DNA of 64,000 nt from Sminthopsis crassicaudata (taxonomy: Eukaryota). The notes beneath the pieces were generated by a model. That model was given only the letters and a program-made list of their open reading frames with translations, did not search any database and was not told the DNA's origin. Each line of letters begins with the position of its first letter. The first letter of the stretch is position 1. The position numbers were made by a program, and so were the translations under genes. Shown piece by piece: positions 26,273 through 39,430 of this stretch. The stretch covers positions 705,168,958 through 705,232,957 of the forward strand of contig NC_133617.1 in NCBI RefSeq assembly GCF_048593235.1, read 5' to 3'.

Positions 26273-27023
26273 TAATAGTAGATAGAGGGCTACCAGGTTT
26301 GGAATCAGAAAGATATCAATTCAAATCCCCATTCTGACAGTAACTAGATGATCCTGAGAAGTCACTTTACAGATCTGTTTCCTCATCTGAAAAATAAGAA
26401 TTATAATATTTGAGGTATCTGCCTCAGGAGGTAGAGGCTCAAATGAAATAGTTTCCATAAAATATTTCACAAACTTTAAAGCACTATACTGGGTGTCCCA
26501 AATTTCTTAAGGTAGTTTTAAGCTTTAATGAGCTCAAAACTGCCCTAAACCTTTGGGAACACCCCATATAAATGGCACTAATTTATTTTATTCCCCCAGA
26601 TCTGTGATTTCACCTGTAGAAGGTAAGACCTTCTCTATAATAATTAAGATGACAGCTTTCTCTGCAAAGCAGAGGCTTGGAGAATCTCTAGGGTCACTGA
26701 GGGGTCTAGTTATAGGCAGTAAGAATCTAAGGAAGAACTTGAATCCTAGTCTTAACTCCACAGCCAGATTTCCATTCAGAATACCTCAATGTATCTTAAA
26801 TGTCAGCTATTGTCAGCAAAATTCCTGAGAAAAACATGGGGGTGGGAAGAGAATGGAATTATACAAATACTAGGGATAATCCCTCCCCTGGGAGGAATTA
26901 TGGATACAAATCTATTTATACATAATCTCTGACAGCAGGTTATTGAAACAAAAGGCAAGGTTGGCTCCAAGATGATGGGAAAAGAAAGCAGTGTATTGAA
27001 TTCTAGGCATGAGTCTCAAGGGA

Positions 27024-27241
27024 NNNNNNNNNNNNNNNNNNNNNNNNNNNNNNNNNNNNNNNNNNNNNNNNNNNNNNNNNNNNNNNNNNNNNNNNNNNNN
27101 NNNNNNNNNNNNNNNNNNNNNNNNNNNNNNNNNNNNNNNNNNNNNNNNNNNNNNNNNNNNNNNNNNNNNNNNNNNNNNNNNNNNNNNNNNNNNNNNNNNN
27201 NNNNNNNNNNNNNNNNNNNNNNNNNNNNNNNNNNNNNNNNN
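27024..27241. other. Assembly gap (218 N)
   Basis: Run of N. Confidence 0.99.
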
Positions 27242-29520
27242 CTCCCCAATTCTCAGGCCAGTTGAACAGAACTGTTTCTGTGAAGTGATAATATGCCTCC
27301 TCTCCCAGATCCATCTGGCTGTTAATTATAAGGATCATGGAATTAGAGATGGGGGGAGTAGGATTTAGAGAAGCATAGATTTTTCAGCTGAAAGTGACCT
27401 TAGAAGTCATTTTTCTCCCATCTCCATATTTTATAAAAGAGGAAAATGCAGAGTGAAGAGGTTAACTGAATTTCCCAGAGTTTCACAGTTAGTAAGGTAC
27501 ACAGTTTGAATTTGAACCCAGGTCCTCTAATTCCCAATGCAGTGTCCTATGATGTAACTGCTCTCATTGAACACACTCGGAAGATGGACTCTGCTAATCA
27601 CAAAGGAACCAAGATGAGTCCATTTCTTTTTCTCTGAGTTCAGGAACAGTACTAGATGAAGAGATCTTTCTCTGTTTCTCCTCCCTTAAACATTCGTTCA
27701 GTGATTTGAAAACAGGTTCAATGCAATGAGCACAACACAATAGTTTTATAATTCAGAAAACCTGAATTCCTACAGCACTGCCATTTAATAGCTGTATGAC
27801 GAATAGCAAATGACTTCAACATTCAGGTTCTCCTTATTCATCTGTAAGATGGGGATCAGGATATTCTCCTTACCACTAGAACTGTATAAAGCATTGTCAT
27901 CTAGTCATTTTTAGAATTAAATAATAATTAAGTAAACAAATAGTTATTACATATCTAATATATGCCAGGAACTCAGTGAAAGGCTGGGAATATAGACACA
28001 AAAATGAAACCATCCTGGCCATCAGAAAGCTTATAACAGCTGACAATGATATAGCATTTTGTGCAGCCCCTGTTCCTTACAGGAAAGGAAACAGTCTTAG
28101 AGAGATTAAAGAACATATCTGCCATCACATAAGGAGGGATTTGAAGTCATACCTTCCTGACTTCAGCTCTCTGCTTACTATTCCCAATGGCCTCTTTTAG
28201 ATACCAAAATTCATTTGAACCTCACAACACCCCTAGGTAGGTGCTATCATCACCCCTATATTACAGACAGGTAAACTGAGGATCAAAGTGGTATAATAGT
28301 TAAAGTATTGGACTTGGACTCAGACCTGAAATCAAACTCTGTCTCAGATGCTTAATCCCTGTGTGACCTTGGAAAAGTCATCTAACTATTTAGTTTCCCT
28401 ATCTATAAAATAAGAACAATGATAGTTCATCCTTTAGAGGGCTGTTGAGAAAATTAAATAAAATCATACATGAAAAGTATTTTTCAAACATTAAACTGCT
28501 ACTTTTTTTTGGTAGGGGGCTATGTAAGACCAAAGATGTAAAGGTAGAAGAGACATAAGAAGCCACTTAGTACAATCTCTTTATTTTACAGATGAGGAAA
28601 ATGAAGATCAGAGAGATCCCTTGACACAGATAATCGATGTTGGAAGCAAGGTTTTGAACCCAGGACTTCCTAACTCTTAGCCAATTATTCCATGCAGCCT
28701 CATGGCTCACAATTTTCATAAAAGCATTGTGAAATGGGTGCTGCAATCATTCCAATTTTACAGCTGAGTAAACTGAGGCTCTGAGAGGTTAAGTGATTGC
28801 CCATGGCCACATAGCTAATAAATATGGGTGATAGGATTCAAAACCAAGGCTCTCATATGCAGAAGTATTCTTTCCACTACTCCATGTTGCCTCAAAGGAC
28901 CTATATTTTCTTGGGGAATCTATATCCCCAAAACCTTGTACTATGCTCAATCTTCCTCCCCAACTAAAATGGAAAAGATCCCAAGAATCAATCGTAGCCC
29001 CTTACCCACAAGCCCTTAGGAGAACTGAATAGTCACAAAATCAAATAGGTGAAAAAAAAAGTCACCCTCCCTCACCTGGACCAAAAAAAAGGTCTGTGTT
29101 CTGATGAGCTGAGGAGAATTCAGACATCAAATCACCAGGCAAGACACTCTTTCCTAAACACCAATTTCTGCAGTTTAAAACCAACTGTCCAAAACAACTG
29201 CATCCATAATCCCCATAGTCAGTGGAAGAACAAGAGGGTCAAGGGAGCCTCAGGCCACAGCTGAGTAGCTCATGATTAGAGAGCACCATGCAACTGACTG
29301 GTCTGCCCTAAATATGATAACAATCGTAACAGACACTGACTCACAACCATTCCGCTGGCAAAGCCTTCCCCATGCATTATCTTCTTGAACCTCTTCTGAG
29401 GCAAAACGTAATAACCCTGCAGCTCTGATTAGCTCCCATCTTCCATGCAAGGAAGCTGAGGCACAAAGAACTTATTAATAACACTAGCTAACATTTACAT
29501 AATGCTTTTAGATTTGCAAA

Positions 29521-30273
29521 ACAATTGTTGGTGGAGTTGTGAACTGATCCGGCCATTCTAGAGAATAAGTTGGAACTATCCCCAAAGAGCTGTCAAACTG
29601 TGCATACTCTTTGATCCAGCAGTGTAATTTCTAAGTCTGAATCTCAAAGAGATCATAAAGAAGGGAAAAGACCCGCATGTACAAAAATGTTTGTAGCAGC
29701 TTTTTTTGAGTGACGGCAGGGATGCCCATCAATTGGGGAATGTCTGAATAAGTTATGGTATATGAATTTAAGGGAATATTATTGTTCTATAAGAAATGGC
29801 CAACAGGATGATTTCAGAAAGGTCTAGAGAAACTTACCTGAACTGATAAGTAAGCAGAATCAGAATATTATACACAATAACAAGATTAGTGAAGATCAAC
29901 TCTGATACACTTAGATCTTCTTAGCAATACAGGATCCAAGACAATTCCAATAGACTTGGGATGGAAAATGTGATCTGCATCCAAAGAAAGAACTATGGAG
30001 ACTGAATGCAGATCAAAGTGTACTATTTTCACCTTTTTTGTTTGCTTTTTCTTTGTTGTGGTTTTTCCCTTTGTTTTGATTTTTCTTTCACAACATGACT
30101 AATGTGAAAATGTGTTTAAAATGATTGTACATGTATAACCTACATCAGATCGCTTGCTTTCTTGGGGAGGGGAAGGTAAGGGAGGAAGAAAAAAAATGGA
30201 ACTCAAATTCTTACAAAAATGTTTGTTGAAAACTGTCTTTACTGTAATTGGAAAAATAAAACACAATTTTAAA
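29521..30273 (+). mobile_element. 5'-truncated L1 inserted into a MIR, with 11-bp TSD
   Basis: Homologous to 53670-54110 (ORF2 C-terminus) followed by a 3' UTR; AGATTTGCAAA at 29510-29520 and 30274-30284; MIR-like sequence continues on both sides. Confidence 0.88.
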
Positions 30274-31469
30274 AGATTTGCAAAGCATTTTACAAATATT
30301 ATTTCATCTTACCAATGAGGAAACTGAGGTAGACAGAGATAAAGTGATTTGCCCAGAATTATACAGCTAGCAAGTGTTTGAAGCTGGATTTGAACTCAAG
30401 TTTTCCAGACTCCATATCTATCACTCTGTCCATTGTGTGATTTGGATATCTGAGATTAAGGGACGTGTCCACAGCCATATAGCTAGTAAATGTCAGAGGT
30501 TCTCTATTAGTCTCTGGTGCTTTAATCAATGCCTTAGGATAACTGAACTAAATGAAATAATTATGAAAGAAAAGTCCAAGCAGCAAATACTGAGTTTTAT
30601 TTTTTGCCTTCCTTCACTTCAATCACCAGAAGGAGCAAACTCACAGAGAGACATTGTTTCAAGGCCAAAGAGACAGTGGATGCCTCTAGTTTGAATAGCA
30701 TTCAACGCGATATCAATCAATTAAGCTGCATTTATTAAGAGCCTATTATGTGACAAACACTAAACCGGCACTAGTCAAGAGATCTGAGATCATAAGAGAA
30801 TAGATTAAGAGCCAAAAAGGACTACAGAAATCATCGATCTCTTCATTTTTCTCATGATGAAATAAACAATACATGATAGGACTGGGATTTGAAATCAGGT
30901 CTTCCTACTTCAAATATGATACAATAAGTCACTGTGTGATACTGGATAAATCTCTTCTCTATGAATCTCAGCTTCCTTATCTATAACATTTGGGAGTTGG
31001 ACAAGAGATCACTTAAGTCCCTTCCCAGTTTATCATTCTGAGATTTGGAAACCAAAACAGATTCTATGGTCTAAGAGCTCACATCCAGACTGAGCCTCAG
31101 TAGGATTCTGCTCCCCCCCACTCCTCACCCCTGCTGCTGTGGTTTCTTCTCTACCCTTTTAAGGGCATGACTGAGCAAGGCCACTCTCCAAGAAATGCCA
31201 TTCAATACTCTCCCCAAAGTGAAACTGCCCATGATCCTATCTACAAGTAGAGTTAGAAATTTCTCCCCAGTCCCTCACACACAACAATGCCCTGATCACA
31301 ACAATCCATTTGGCACGCCAGTGTGAAGAATATTTCACTGCAAACCCATCTCCTCTGAAGGTCAAGCCACCACCTGATCCCTACACTCAAACCCCAGAAG
31401 GAAATCTAGGAATAAGCTCCCCAGCACTCTGTTTCACTCAATAAGATAGACCCAGACTCATACCCAGAA

Positions 31470-31687
31470 TCATCTGATATCAGCCACAAGTCTCCGGGTC
31501 TCTCTCTGGATAGGGACAGATCTTGAGTTCTTGGCCACTCTGAACAAGGCAACCAGATCAAGGAGAGCTGCCTCCACCTCTTCCTTTTGGTTCCGAAGCG
31601 CCGGGAGGGGAACGTGGTGAAGGACGGGTGCCAGCCAAGTGTGACTACCATAAGTCCCAGGCTCACAACTTGGCAAAACATTTGCCC
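31470..31687 (-). CDS. Candidate terminal coding exon of an unidentified gene (amphipathic-helix-like peptide)
   Basis: Acceptor ccctgttgtctttggcag| then an open frame GANVLPSC...KEEVEAALLDLVALFRVAKNSRSVPIQRETRRLVADIR*; coding-like codon pattern and a local CpG cluster. No homologue recognised. Confidence 0.2.
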
Positions 31688-32501
31688 CTGCCAAAGACAA
31701 CAGGGCTTGATGGGGTAATTCTCAGTTCCCCCGATTTCCTTCTCATTTAACCCGGGCTACTGTTCAAATAATGTTTCTGATCCTATCAGCAAAATGACTT
31801 CATCCTCCATTACCTGGAACTTCTTTTGTTCTAAGGACTTACTGTAATTTAGGACTGTACACTATGAACAATGAGAGCAGGGGGGAAAGAGATTCAGATT
31901 TATTTTATAAACTCAGCCAGGCCCAGGGAACGGAAAAGTCAAATGGGAACAGGTCACATGAGCCAGTCACTGGAGAGATTCCAGGAAGGTACCTAGCTGG
32001 ACCCATGGGGGAGGGAAAGTCCTTGTTACAGCAACAATGAATCTCCTCTAGGAAGCCTTTCAGGACTAATGGGAAAAGAAAGAGGAAGCACATTTCTCCT
32101 ACCCTGTCCTGTGCCTAGGGTTCAAATCCCACTTCAGACACTTTACAAGTGGGTGACCATGAGCAAACTATCCTCAGATTCACCTTCTATAAAATACTAG
32201 GGTTGGAACAGACACTAAGGTATCTTCCAATTATTGATGGCCTTATAACTCTTTCTCATTGTCCCATAATATGCCCTTCCATCCTTCCTCAACCCACACA
32301 AAAGGTAAGCACACTAATTTCTATACAAATAATCCCTCACTTATTTGTATCATGAGAGAATGAACTGTTCCACACAGATGAATTTGCCAAATAATTGAAG
32401 CATAACTTTTTAACAGCCAAGTCACTTTTGTATTTGACCCATGAATGAAAACAAAACTTTAAAATATATTTCCTACTTTCTTGTTTAAAAAAAAGTGTTC
32501 T

Positions 32502-32720
32502 CTGGGAAGTGAATGTAAATTGTTAGCACTACTTTCTATCTACCCAGGTTACTTATACCTTCGGAATCTAATACTTAATGTGCAACAAGAAAATGGTATT
32601 TACAGGGGGGGATAATTTGGGAAAATGAATACAAGGGATAATATTATAAAAAAAATTACTCATGCATATATACTGTGGAAAAAAATTCTAAATAAAATTA
32701 AAAATATAAAAATAAAATTT
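32502..32720 (+). mobile_element. Short young L1 3'-UTR insertion with an internal deletion and a 13-bp TSD
   Basis: Near-identical to 54177-54277, then jumps to the G-tract and terminus seen at 47725-47770; TSD aaaaaagtgttct (32489-32501) / aaaaaagtattct (32721-32733). Confidence 0.88.
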
Positions 32721-35700
32721 AAAAAAGTATTCTGAATTCAATTTGATCTTTCCTTATTGACTTGGCTGGAAGGAGGGAGTGGAGTCATCAATTAACAGAC
32801 TGCACTAGAATATAGCAATACCTTAAAGGATCTCTTATTGCTACATTAAATTTTTTGAGTTCTTGTGTCTACTTTTTTAAAAAAAATTTCCTGCTTTTTA
32901 TTTTTTTTATTTGTAAATTCTTTTTGTATTTTGTTTAATTCTTCTCTCACTGTCAACTGCCATCAGTTTTTCCTACTGTCTGTTAAGATTTAGCTGATCT
33001 CATCCTTCTAATACACTGCTATTAAATTGCTATGGCTAGGAAATAGGGTAACCATGAATATTAGAATTGTATGTAAAATAAGAATCAATTCTGAAAGAGA
33101 ATCTGAGGTATTCTCCAGTGACTAAGGAATGACTTCTAAGGCACACCCATTTGTAACATAAAAAGAAAACTTCTAGCCCTCAGAGAGGAGAAAAGGTAAG
33201 TGACACAGGAAGAAATATAGGCAGTAGAAAAACAAAATCTATCAATAAAATATTTTAAGGCTTCTGAGTAGCTAACATAGCTCTTTTTTGGATTTTCTGC
33301 TATATTCCAAATTGAAAAGGTTACCAAATCAATTACTTCTGGATGAATAAATTGTGATCAATGTTTTTTTTTCTCCCACAGGAGAATTTTCTCATGTCTC
33401 AAATCATCTCTTGTAGCCCAAGGCACACTACAACTATGTACAACTATGTATGGATAAACCTGCCTAGTGCAGCCCAAAGACAAGTGGGGGAAAGTCTCAA
33501 GTCAATGTCTTCCTTTGTCTGGCCTCATTGACTTCTGTGTCCCACAGTGGGCTGGTCCAAGTTTGGCAACTAGAAACCAATCAGACCGTCTCCTGCATTG
33601 CCAGGCTACAGGGGACAGTGAAAACACCCAAGAATAACGTAGAAGTTGAAATTATGCCAACCTTATTAATCAAACACAACAGTAGTCTCTACATATAAGA
33701 GAATAGGCTCACAAGCTCCACAGATTTCCGTGTGTTTCTGGTCACACGGGGGTCAGCTATCATCAGATTCTAAGGAGTACATATTGCATCGAGGTAGAAG
33801 GGAGTTGAAAGCATAGAACATAGCATAGAATGTGATTATGAGGGCTGATAATAGCAATAACAATAACTAACATTTATGTTGTGATTACTATGTGTCAGAC
33901 ACTGTGTTAAGCACTTTATAATTATTATCTCATTTGATTTTTCACCTTGGGAAAGCAGGTGCTATTTTTTTATATAGAGAGAGAAATGTAAATGAATAGA
34001 GATGAAATGACTTGCCCAGTGTCATATAGCTAGTAGATGTCTGAGACCAGATCTGAACTCTGATCTCCTTGGCCTGGCTCCAGGCTACTTAACCATGACA
34101 CTACTTTGCTGCATCTTTCTGGTTATTGACTCCATGTCCCCAACAGTGGATTTTCCCTCACTCTCCCAATCTAGCTTTAAGCCCCCCTTCTTTCCAACAT
34201 TCCAGTTCCCTCATTTACAAACAGTACCCCTTCACACCTTTGGTCACAACATTCACCTATGGAACCTTACTAATCCTCCCCAAAAAAGTCTCATCTCCTC
34301 TGGGGTATCTTCCCCTACTATACAGTCCTTGTGACTCTCTCCTTCTCTGGAGCATGTGTTATAAGGAACAAGGCAGTGGCTCTGGAGTCACTGGCCCTCT
34401 GCCACCCCGTACAAACCACTTTTCCCCTATGGACTTGGTTTTCTCATGCAAAATGAAAAATGACTCCAAGAAGACTTCTTCAAAATTCATTTCAGTGCGG
34501 ACATTCTTAACTATAAAGTACAATTTTCTAAAAGTTTGTGTTCTGAAATTTATTCCATCTTTGATAGTCTATAATCAATCAGTCTCTGGCTGGGATATGA
34601 TGTAATTGACACTGTTCAAGGTGATAAAAATACAAAAGATCTCCTTCCTCAGATCCTTTGTCCCAGTGGTCCCTTCTGAACTTTTACCTTTGCTCTTTAG
34701 AAGTCCTAGCTTCCTCCAAAGCTCAAGCAGTACTTCTGGTACAAGCTTTTTAATGATGCCCCTGCCACCTTCAGCAACTAATTTCTCTCCCTTCCCATTA
34801 TCTTGGATTTATTTTGTAACTATTTAATACACGTATATGTGTACATTTCATATATACATTCTCCCTCCACAACTCCCCAGGAGAATATTAGCTTGTTCGG
34901 GGCATTAGCCATTTAATTTTTTTCTTTTTATCTCCAGTGATTGGCTCATAATAGATATTTGACTAATATCTATTAAGGATTGATTTAAAAGCTTAATTCT
35001 GTCCTTTCCTCAACTGTCCTGTTTTTTGAAATGTCCATGTATGAGTTTTGCCTCCAAAAGTTAGACTGTATTGAGAGCTCCCTGAGGGCAGGTCTTCTTT
35101 CTGGATGCCCCTAGTGCCCAGCGCAAGGTCCTGCATGTACTAAGGACCCAGAGTCTATTTGCTTGAGAAGTTGACAGATTGAAAGCAATGATTGGCAATC
35201 AAATTTCAATGTTTAGATGTAGGTTTGAGAATAGCCAGATTAATCTTTGAACACCCTGGAATCGGCAATTAGCATACAACCTATCAGGAAATGAATTGTC
35301 ATAGCCATTCATTTGAAGAAAGCTTATCAGATCTCTTTAAAGCTCAGCGGAAATGCCCCTCATTCAAGAAGGCCTTTTTTTTAAACACTGTTATTTATTT
35401 TCTGTATAACTTGTATATATTTATCTATGCCCTTGGTGTATCATTTGAGCAAAGTGTGAATTTCCTGAGGACAAGAACTGTCTTTTTAGTGTTGTCCCCT
35501 CAGTGCCTAATATAGTGTTTGGCATCTAAGAGCTATTTAATCAATGACTATTGACCAATTCATTGACATCATAGCACAATGATTCTCTTATTTCCCTCTT
35601 GGCTCTACTCCACTGGCCATCTCCATCACACCTCAGGATCTACTTCATTCTGCAAGATCACTTCAGTCCTGGAGTTCAGCTCTAATGCCTTTGCTCCTGG

Positions 35701-36094
35701 GGCTGCTCTCCTACAATCAGAAGGCACTCAGACCCTCCACTCAAGGAAGCCACACAACTTAGCCATATCTTGGCTGTACTCTTCTGGATTTATCTATCAT
35801 GCCATCAATAAGAAGAAGTGGTATCTTCCTCCTTCCTTTCTATTTAGTTTCCTTTTGTGGTTATCTTCTCCCTTTAGATTATTAGAAGTTCCTCAAAGTC
35901 AAGAACTGGCTTTTATTGGGGATTTTTTATTACTTATTTTGGTTTTATTAACCAAAATAAATAATATTTTTTGCTCAACTAAACTTAGCAAAACTATTTA
36001 GTCTTTAGGTTCTTAATAAATGTTTATTAACTAAGACACTTGCATATAGTAGATGCACAATAAATGCCTTCTAAAAAGTTCTATCTAGAAAGAT

Positions 36095-36560
36095 AATGTT
36101 TTTATCCTTCATTTTCAAAGAGGTCCAACAATATGGCTGGTGATGTTATAGCTTCCTGTGAGGGAAGGCCAGTCCCACCTTCTCTTCCTGAATCATCAAA
36201 GATCACTGGCAGGACAAAGGTCTAGATGACAGGTGATTGCTTGGGATACAAAGGGTAACCTTGGTGTGTCTGATGCCAAACCAAGCTCTAAGTTCTCTAC
36301 AGAGCCTGCTTTAGTCATCTTCACAGCCTTGGAACAGATTATTCCCATCTGCCCATTTTACCAGGGAAAGTCTTCATATGCTTGGGGTGGACATCAGCCT
36401 AAGTCACCCATGGGTTTGAGGACCTGGTTGAGTAGTCCCTCTGCTGAAATGATTTACCATGGTGTGCATACTACAGCTTCTTGGAGCCATAGGTGAGAGT
36501 TGGGTGCATCAGGTGGACACTAAAGGTGGATGAGCAACACTCTCACTAAGTCCTCCTGAA
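36095..36560 (+). mobile_element. RTE-related marsupial retroposon or SINE remnant
   Basis: ccttcattttcaaagaggtccaa...cttggggtggacatcagcctaagtcacc...ggagccataggtgagagttggg...ggacactaaaggtggatgagca; family from recall. Confidence 0.5.
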
Positions 36561-38014
36561 CATTCAACACTCCCTGCTGGAAAGATATAAAGAATGCAGT
36601 TGCCCTATAAGGTTTACTGGGGAGAGGGAAAACACATTATCAAAGACTGAGAAAACCTTTTGGTTAGCACTGAAGGCCAATACAGAAAAGGAAAAAGAAA
36701 AGAGTAAGCATCTTTGCTGCAAGGGAAAGCATGGATGTATCCTGGTGCGTCCTGTATGTTCATACTAGGACCATGGTAACTATGGAAGACTATCAACTTG
36801 GGGATCAGAGGGGCCTTTCTATTTCAACTGGGTTCCAGAAGTTCTAAGGCTTCATTTCAGGTAGATTAAAAGGGAAAAGCAAAACTTGCCTCTGAAGAAT
36901 TTTGTCTCTTTACCTTCTCCTTCCTCCAGAGCCTCTTCATAACTGATCTCTGCTCAGTGCTAACAAAAAGAGTCTCACCTCATTTACTCAAGCATATCTT
37001 CTACCCAGAGACCGCACTGTTATAATCAGAGAAGTATATAAAATGGTTGCTCCTGCAATAAGACCTCATGAGTTTGGACTATTGGGGGCAGTAAGAATTA
37101 GTGACAAACCAGTTTGTTTGTTTGTTTTAATATTGCTTTAGTCTTTACTTTCAGGTACTAAAAGGACCACTGGACTAGAGTTGGTCTGTAGAGGTCCAGC
37201 TTTAATGAATAGACAGCGACCCTTTATAATGAACACCTCCTTGGTTTGTGAGTAAATTGATACTTTGAAAATTCTTGAGGGGGCCTTGAAAGCAATCTGT
37301 TCTCAGAAATGGTTTAGCTAGTTTTCTCACAATAGGCTTCCACTATTAATTTGATCAACAAGCAAAGAGAAGGCACTAATTCTAAAGAGAAGAGGACAGA
37401 ATGAAAGGGTTTTATTTTATCTTACACTAGTACTACAGGCCAGGAGTCTAATCCCAGCTCCCCATTTACTAACCGTGTGACCCTGGCCAAGTCAATTCTG
37501 CTCTGAGTTTACGTTCATCTGGATAATGAGGGTATTGTGAAAGATGATCTTTAGAGCCCCGTTGGGCACTGAGCTTCTCTGACTTGTTTATCTTGGCCAC
37601 TGTACTCAGGAAAGCCATTCTAGGAAATCCACTTTGCAGATTTCCTTCAAGGGCTGACAAGCTGACCTTCACTAGTCATCATAAATGTTTGTTACTAAGG
37701 AAAGATTTCCTGAAAAAATTAATGGCATAAACAAAATTATAGAGAAAGTGAAGTCTAGCCAGCTTAAAGGGCTCAGTGGTTTTTAGTGGCTAGATTAAGA
37801 ACTGAAGTGACCTTTAAGAAGAAAATCTTGGTTGTGTTAATGTTAGTAACTCAACAGATACAGAACACTTTATGATTACAAAGAACTTAACATGCCTTGA
37901 TTCATTAGATGCTCACAACAGCCCTGAGAGGATAATAGTGCAATCACGGCTATTTTCATCTCACAATTGGAGAGAGGGAATAAGCATTTATTAAGTTCCC
38001 ACTATGGGAAGTTT

Positions 38015-38217
38015 TCTCAGCAGAGATACTGGAAGGGTTTGCCATTTCCTTCTCTGACTCATTTTATTGATGAGGAAACTAAGGCAAATAAGGTTAAATG
38101 ACTTGGCCAGGATCACACAAATAGTGTGTGATGAGTGGTGCAGGATTTGAATTCAGGAGGATGAGACTTTCTGATTCCAGATCCACTACTTTATCCATTA
38201 CATGTCCTAATTGACCA
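38015..38217 (-). mobile_element. Mar1-type CORE-SINE
   Basis: gatactggaagggtttgccatttccttctc...gatgaggaaactaaggcaaataaggttaaatgacttgg. Confidence 0.8.
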
Positions 38218-39430
38218 GAGGAATAATAGTGCACCTACCTTCCAGGGTTGATATAAGAATCAAATGAGATAATAGTGAAGCATTTACTAGCCACTGTATA
38301 GTAGGTAGTCTATAAATATTATAAAACAGAAATAGCCTCAGTGTCAGGAAAACCTGGATTCAAATCCTGCCTGACACATAATAATTGACAAGTCAAAAAC
38401 TCTGAGGATCTCAGGCAATTCTCTAAGTCAAAATTCAATAACTGAGGTGCAAGAAGGAAGAAAGTTTTCACATTAGATATCACTTATATCAGTGAAAGTG
38501 TAAGTCTGAACCATAAAAAGGAGAGGGGGAGGACAGATCTAAGAAAAGCGTCAAGCCCATGATGGGTGGAATGTCCTGTTGCAAAACGGGTCCATCCCCA
38601 CCCACCAACTTCCTTCCCTTCCCCAATAGTCCTGGCCAACTCTCATGCATCTCCTTTTAAGGAGCGTTTGGTTTTCAGCAATCTTACTAGCCCAGGAGCC
38701 ACAAGAACATCTACCCAGGTACAAACTCAGGGTGGTACAATGGAGAAAGTGCTTAATATGGAGGCAGAGAACCTGGGCTCAAACCCTAGATCTTTTCTGT
38801 ATGATGTTTGGCCAACTCATTTCATTCCTTTAAACTTCATTTCCTCCTCTACAAAATGAAAGGATTGGCTGAGGGGAAAGCTAATGTCCTTTCTAGCTCT
38901 TGAGAGACCTATGAGACCTCCTTCCCCCCCACACACACACACACATGGTATGTGAACCTGGCCAAATCACTTAACTGCTAGTCCACAAGCAGCTCCCTAG
39001 GACTGATCTATCAGTAATCCATTATATATTCAGCAATGAAAGATCCTTCTATGTAAAGAATACTGTGCATTTCATCATGAAGATGAATCTTTTCCTTAGG
39101 GAAACTTTTTGACAACTAGCTTTATATGTATTTTAAGAATCTCAAAGCTTTAAATGTTAATTTATTTAATCCTCACCACAATCTTATGAGTTAGGTACTG
39201 TTACTATCCCCATTTTATAGATAAGGAAACTAGTATTGAGAATGGTCAAATGATTTGCCCATGAATCACACAGCTAATAACCATCTGAAGTAGAACTTGA
39301 ACTCCGGTGTTCCTGACCCATGCTCTATCTGACCCCAGTTATCCATCTGGCTGCCTCAATGTAGTTTGAAGATAATCCTCAAGAAGGTCATCTTTCCTAG
39401 AGTCATTCCCCAGTTTATGCAATGGACAAA

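Noticed and set aside
26972-27368. ORFs of 77-119 aa
   Set aside because: Mostly X residues from the N gap.
31473-31502. TRRLVADIR resembles interleukin-11 TRSLLADTR
   Set aside because: Only a 9-residue match, followed immediately by a stop, whereas the motif lies in IL-11 helix A near the N-terminus.
33549-33692. WD40-like peptide GLVQVWQLETNQTVSCIARLQG after a good acceptor
   Set aside because: No convincing donor, the frame ends in a stop, and there are no neighbouring WD40 exons; a short chance resemblance.
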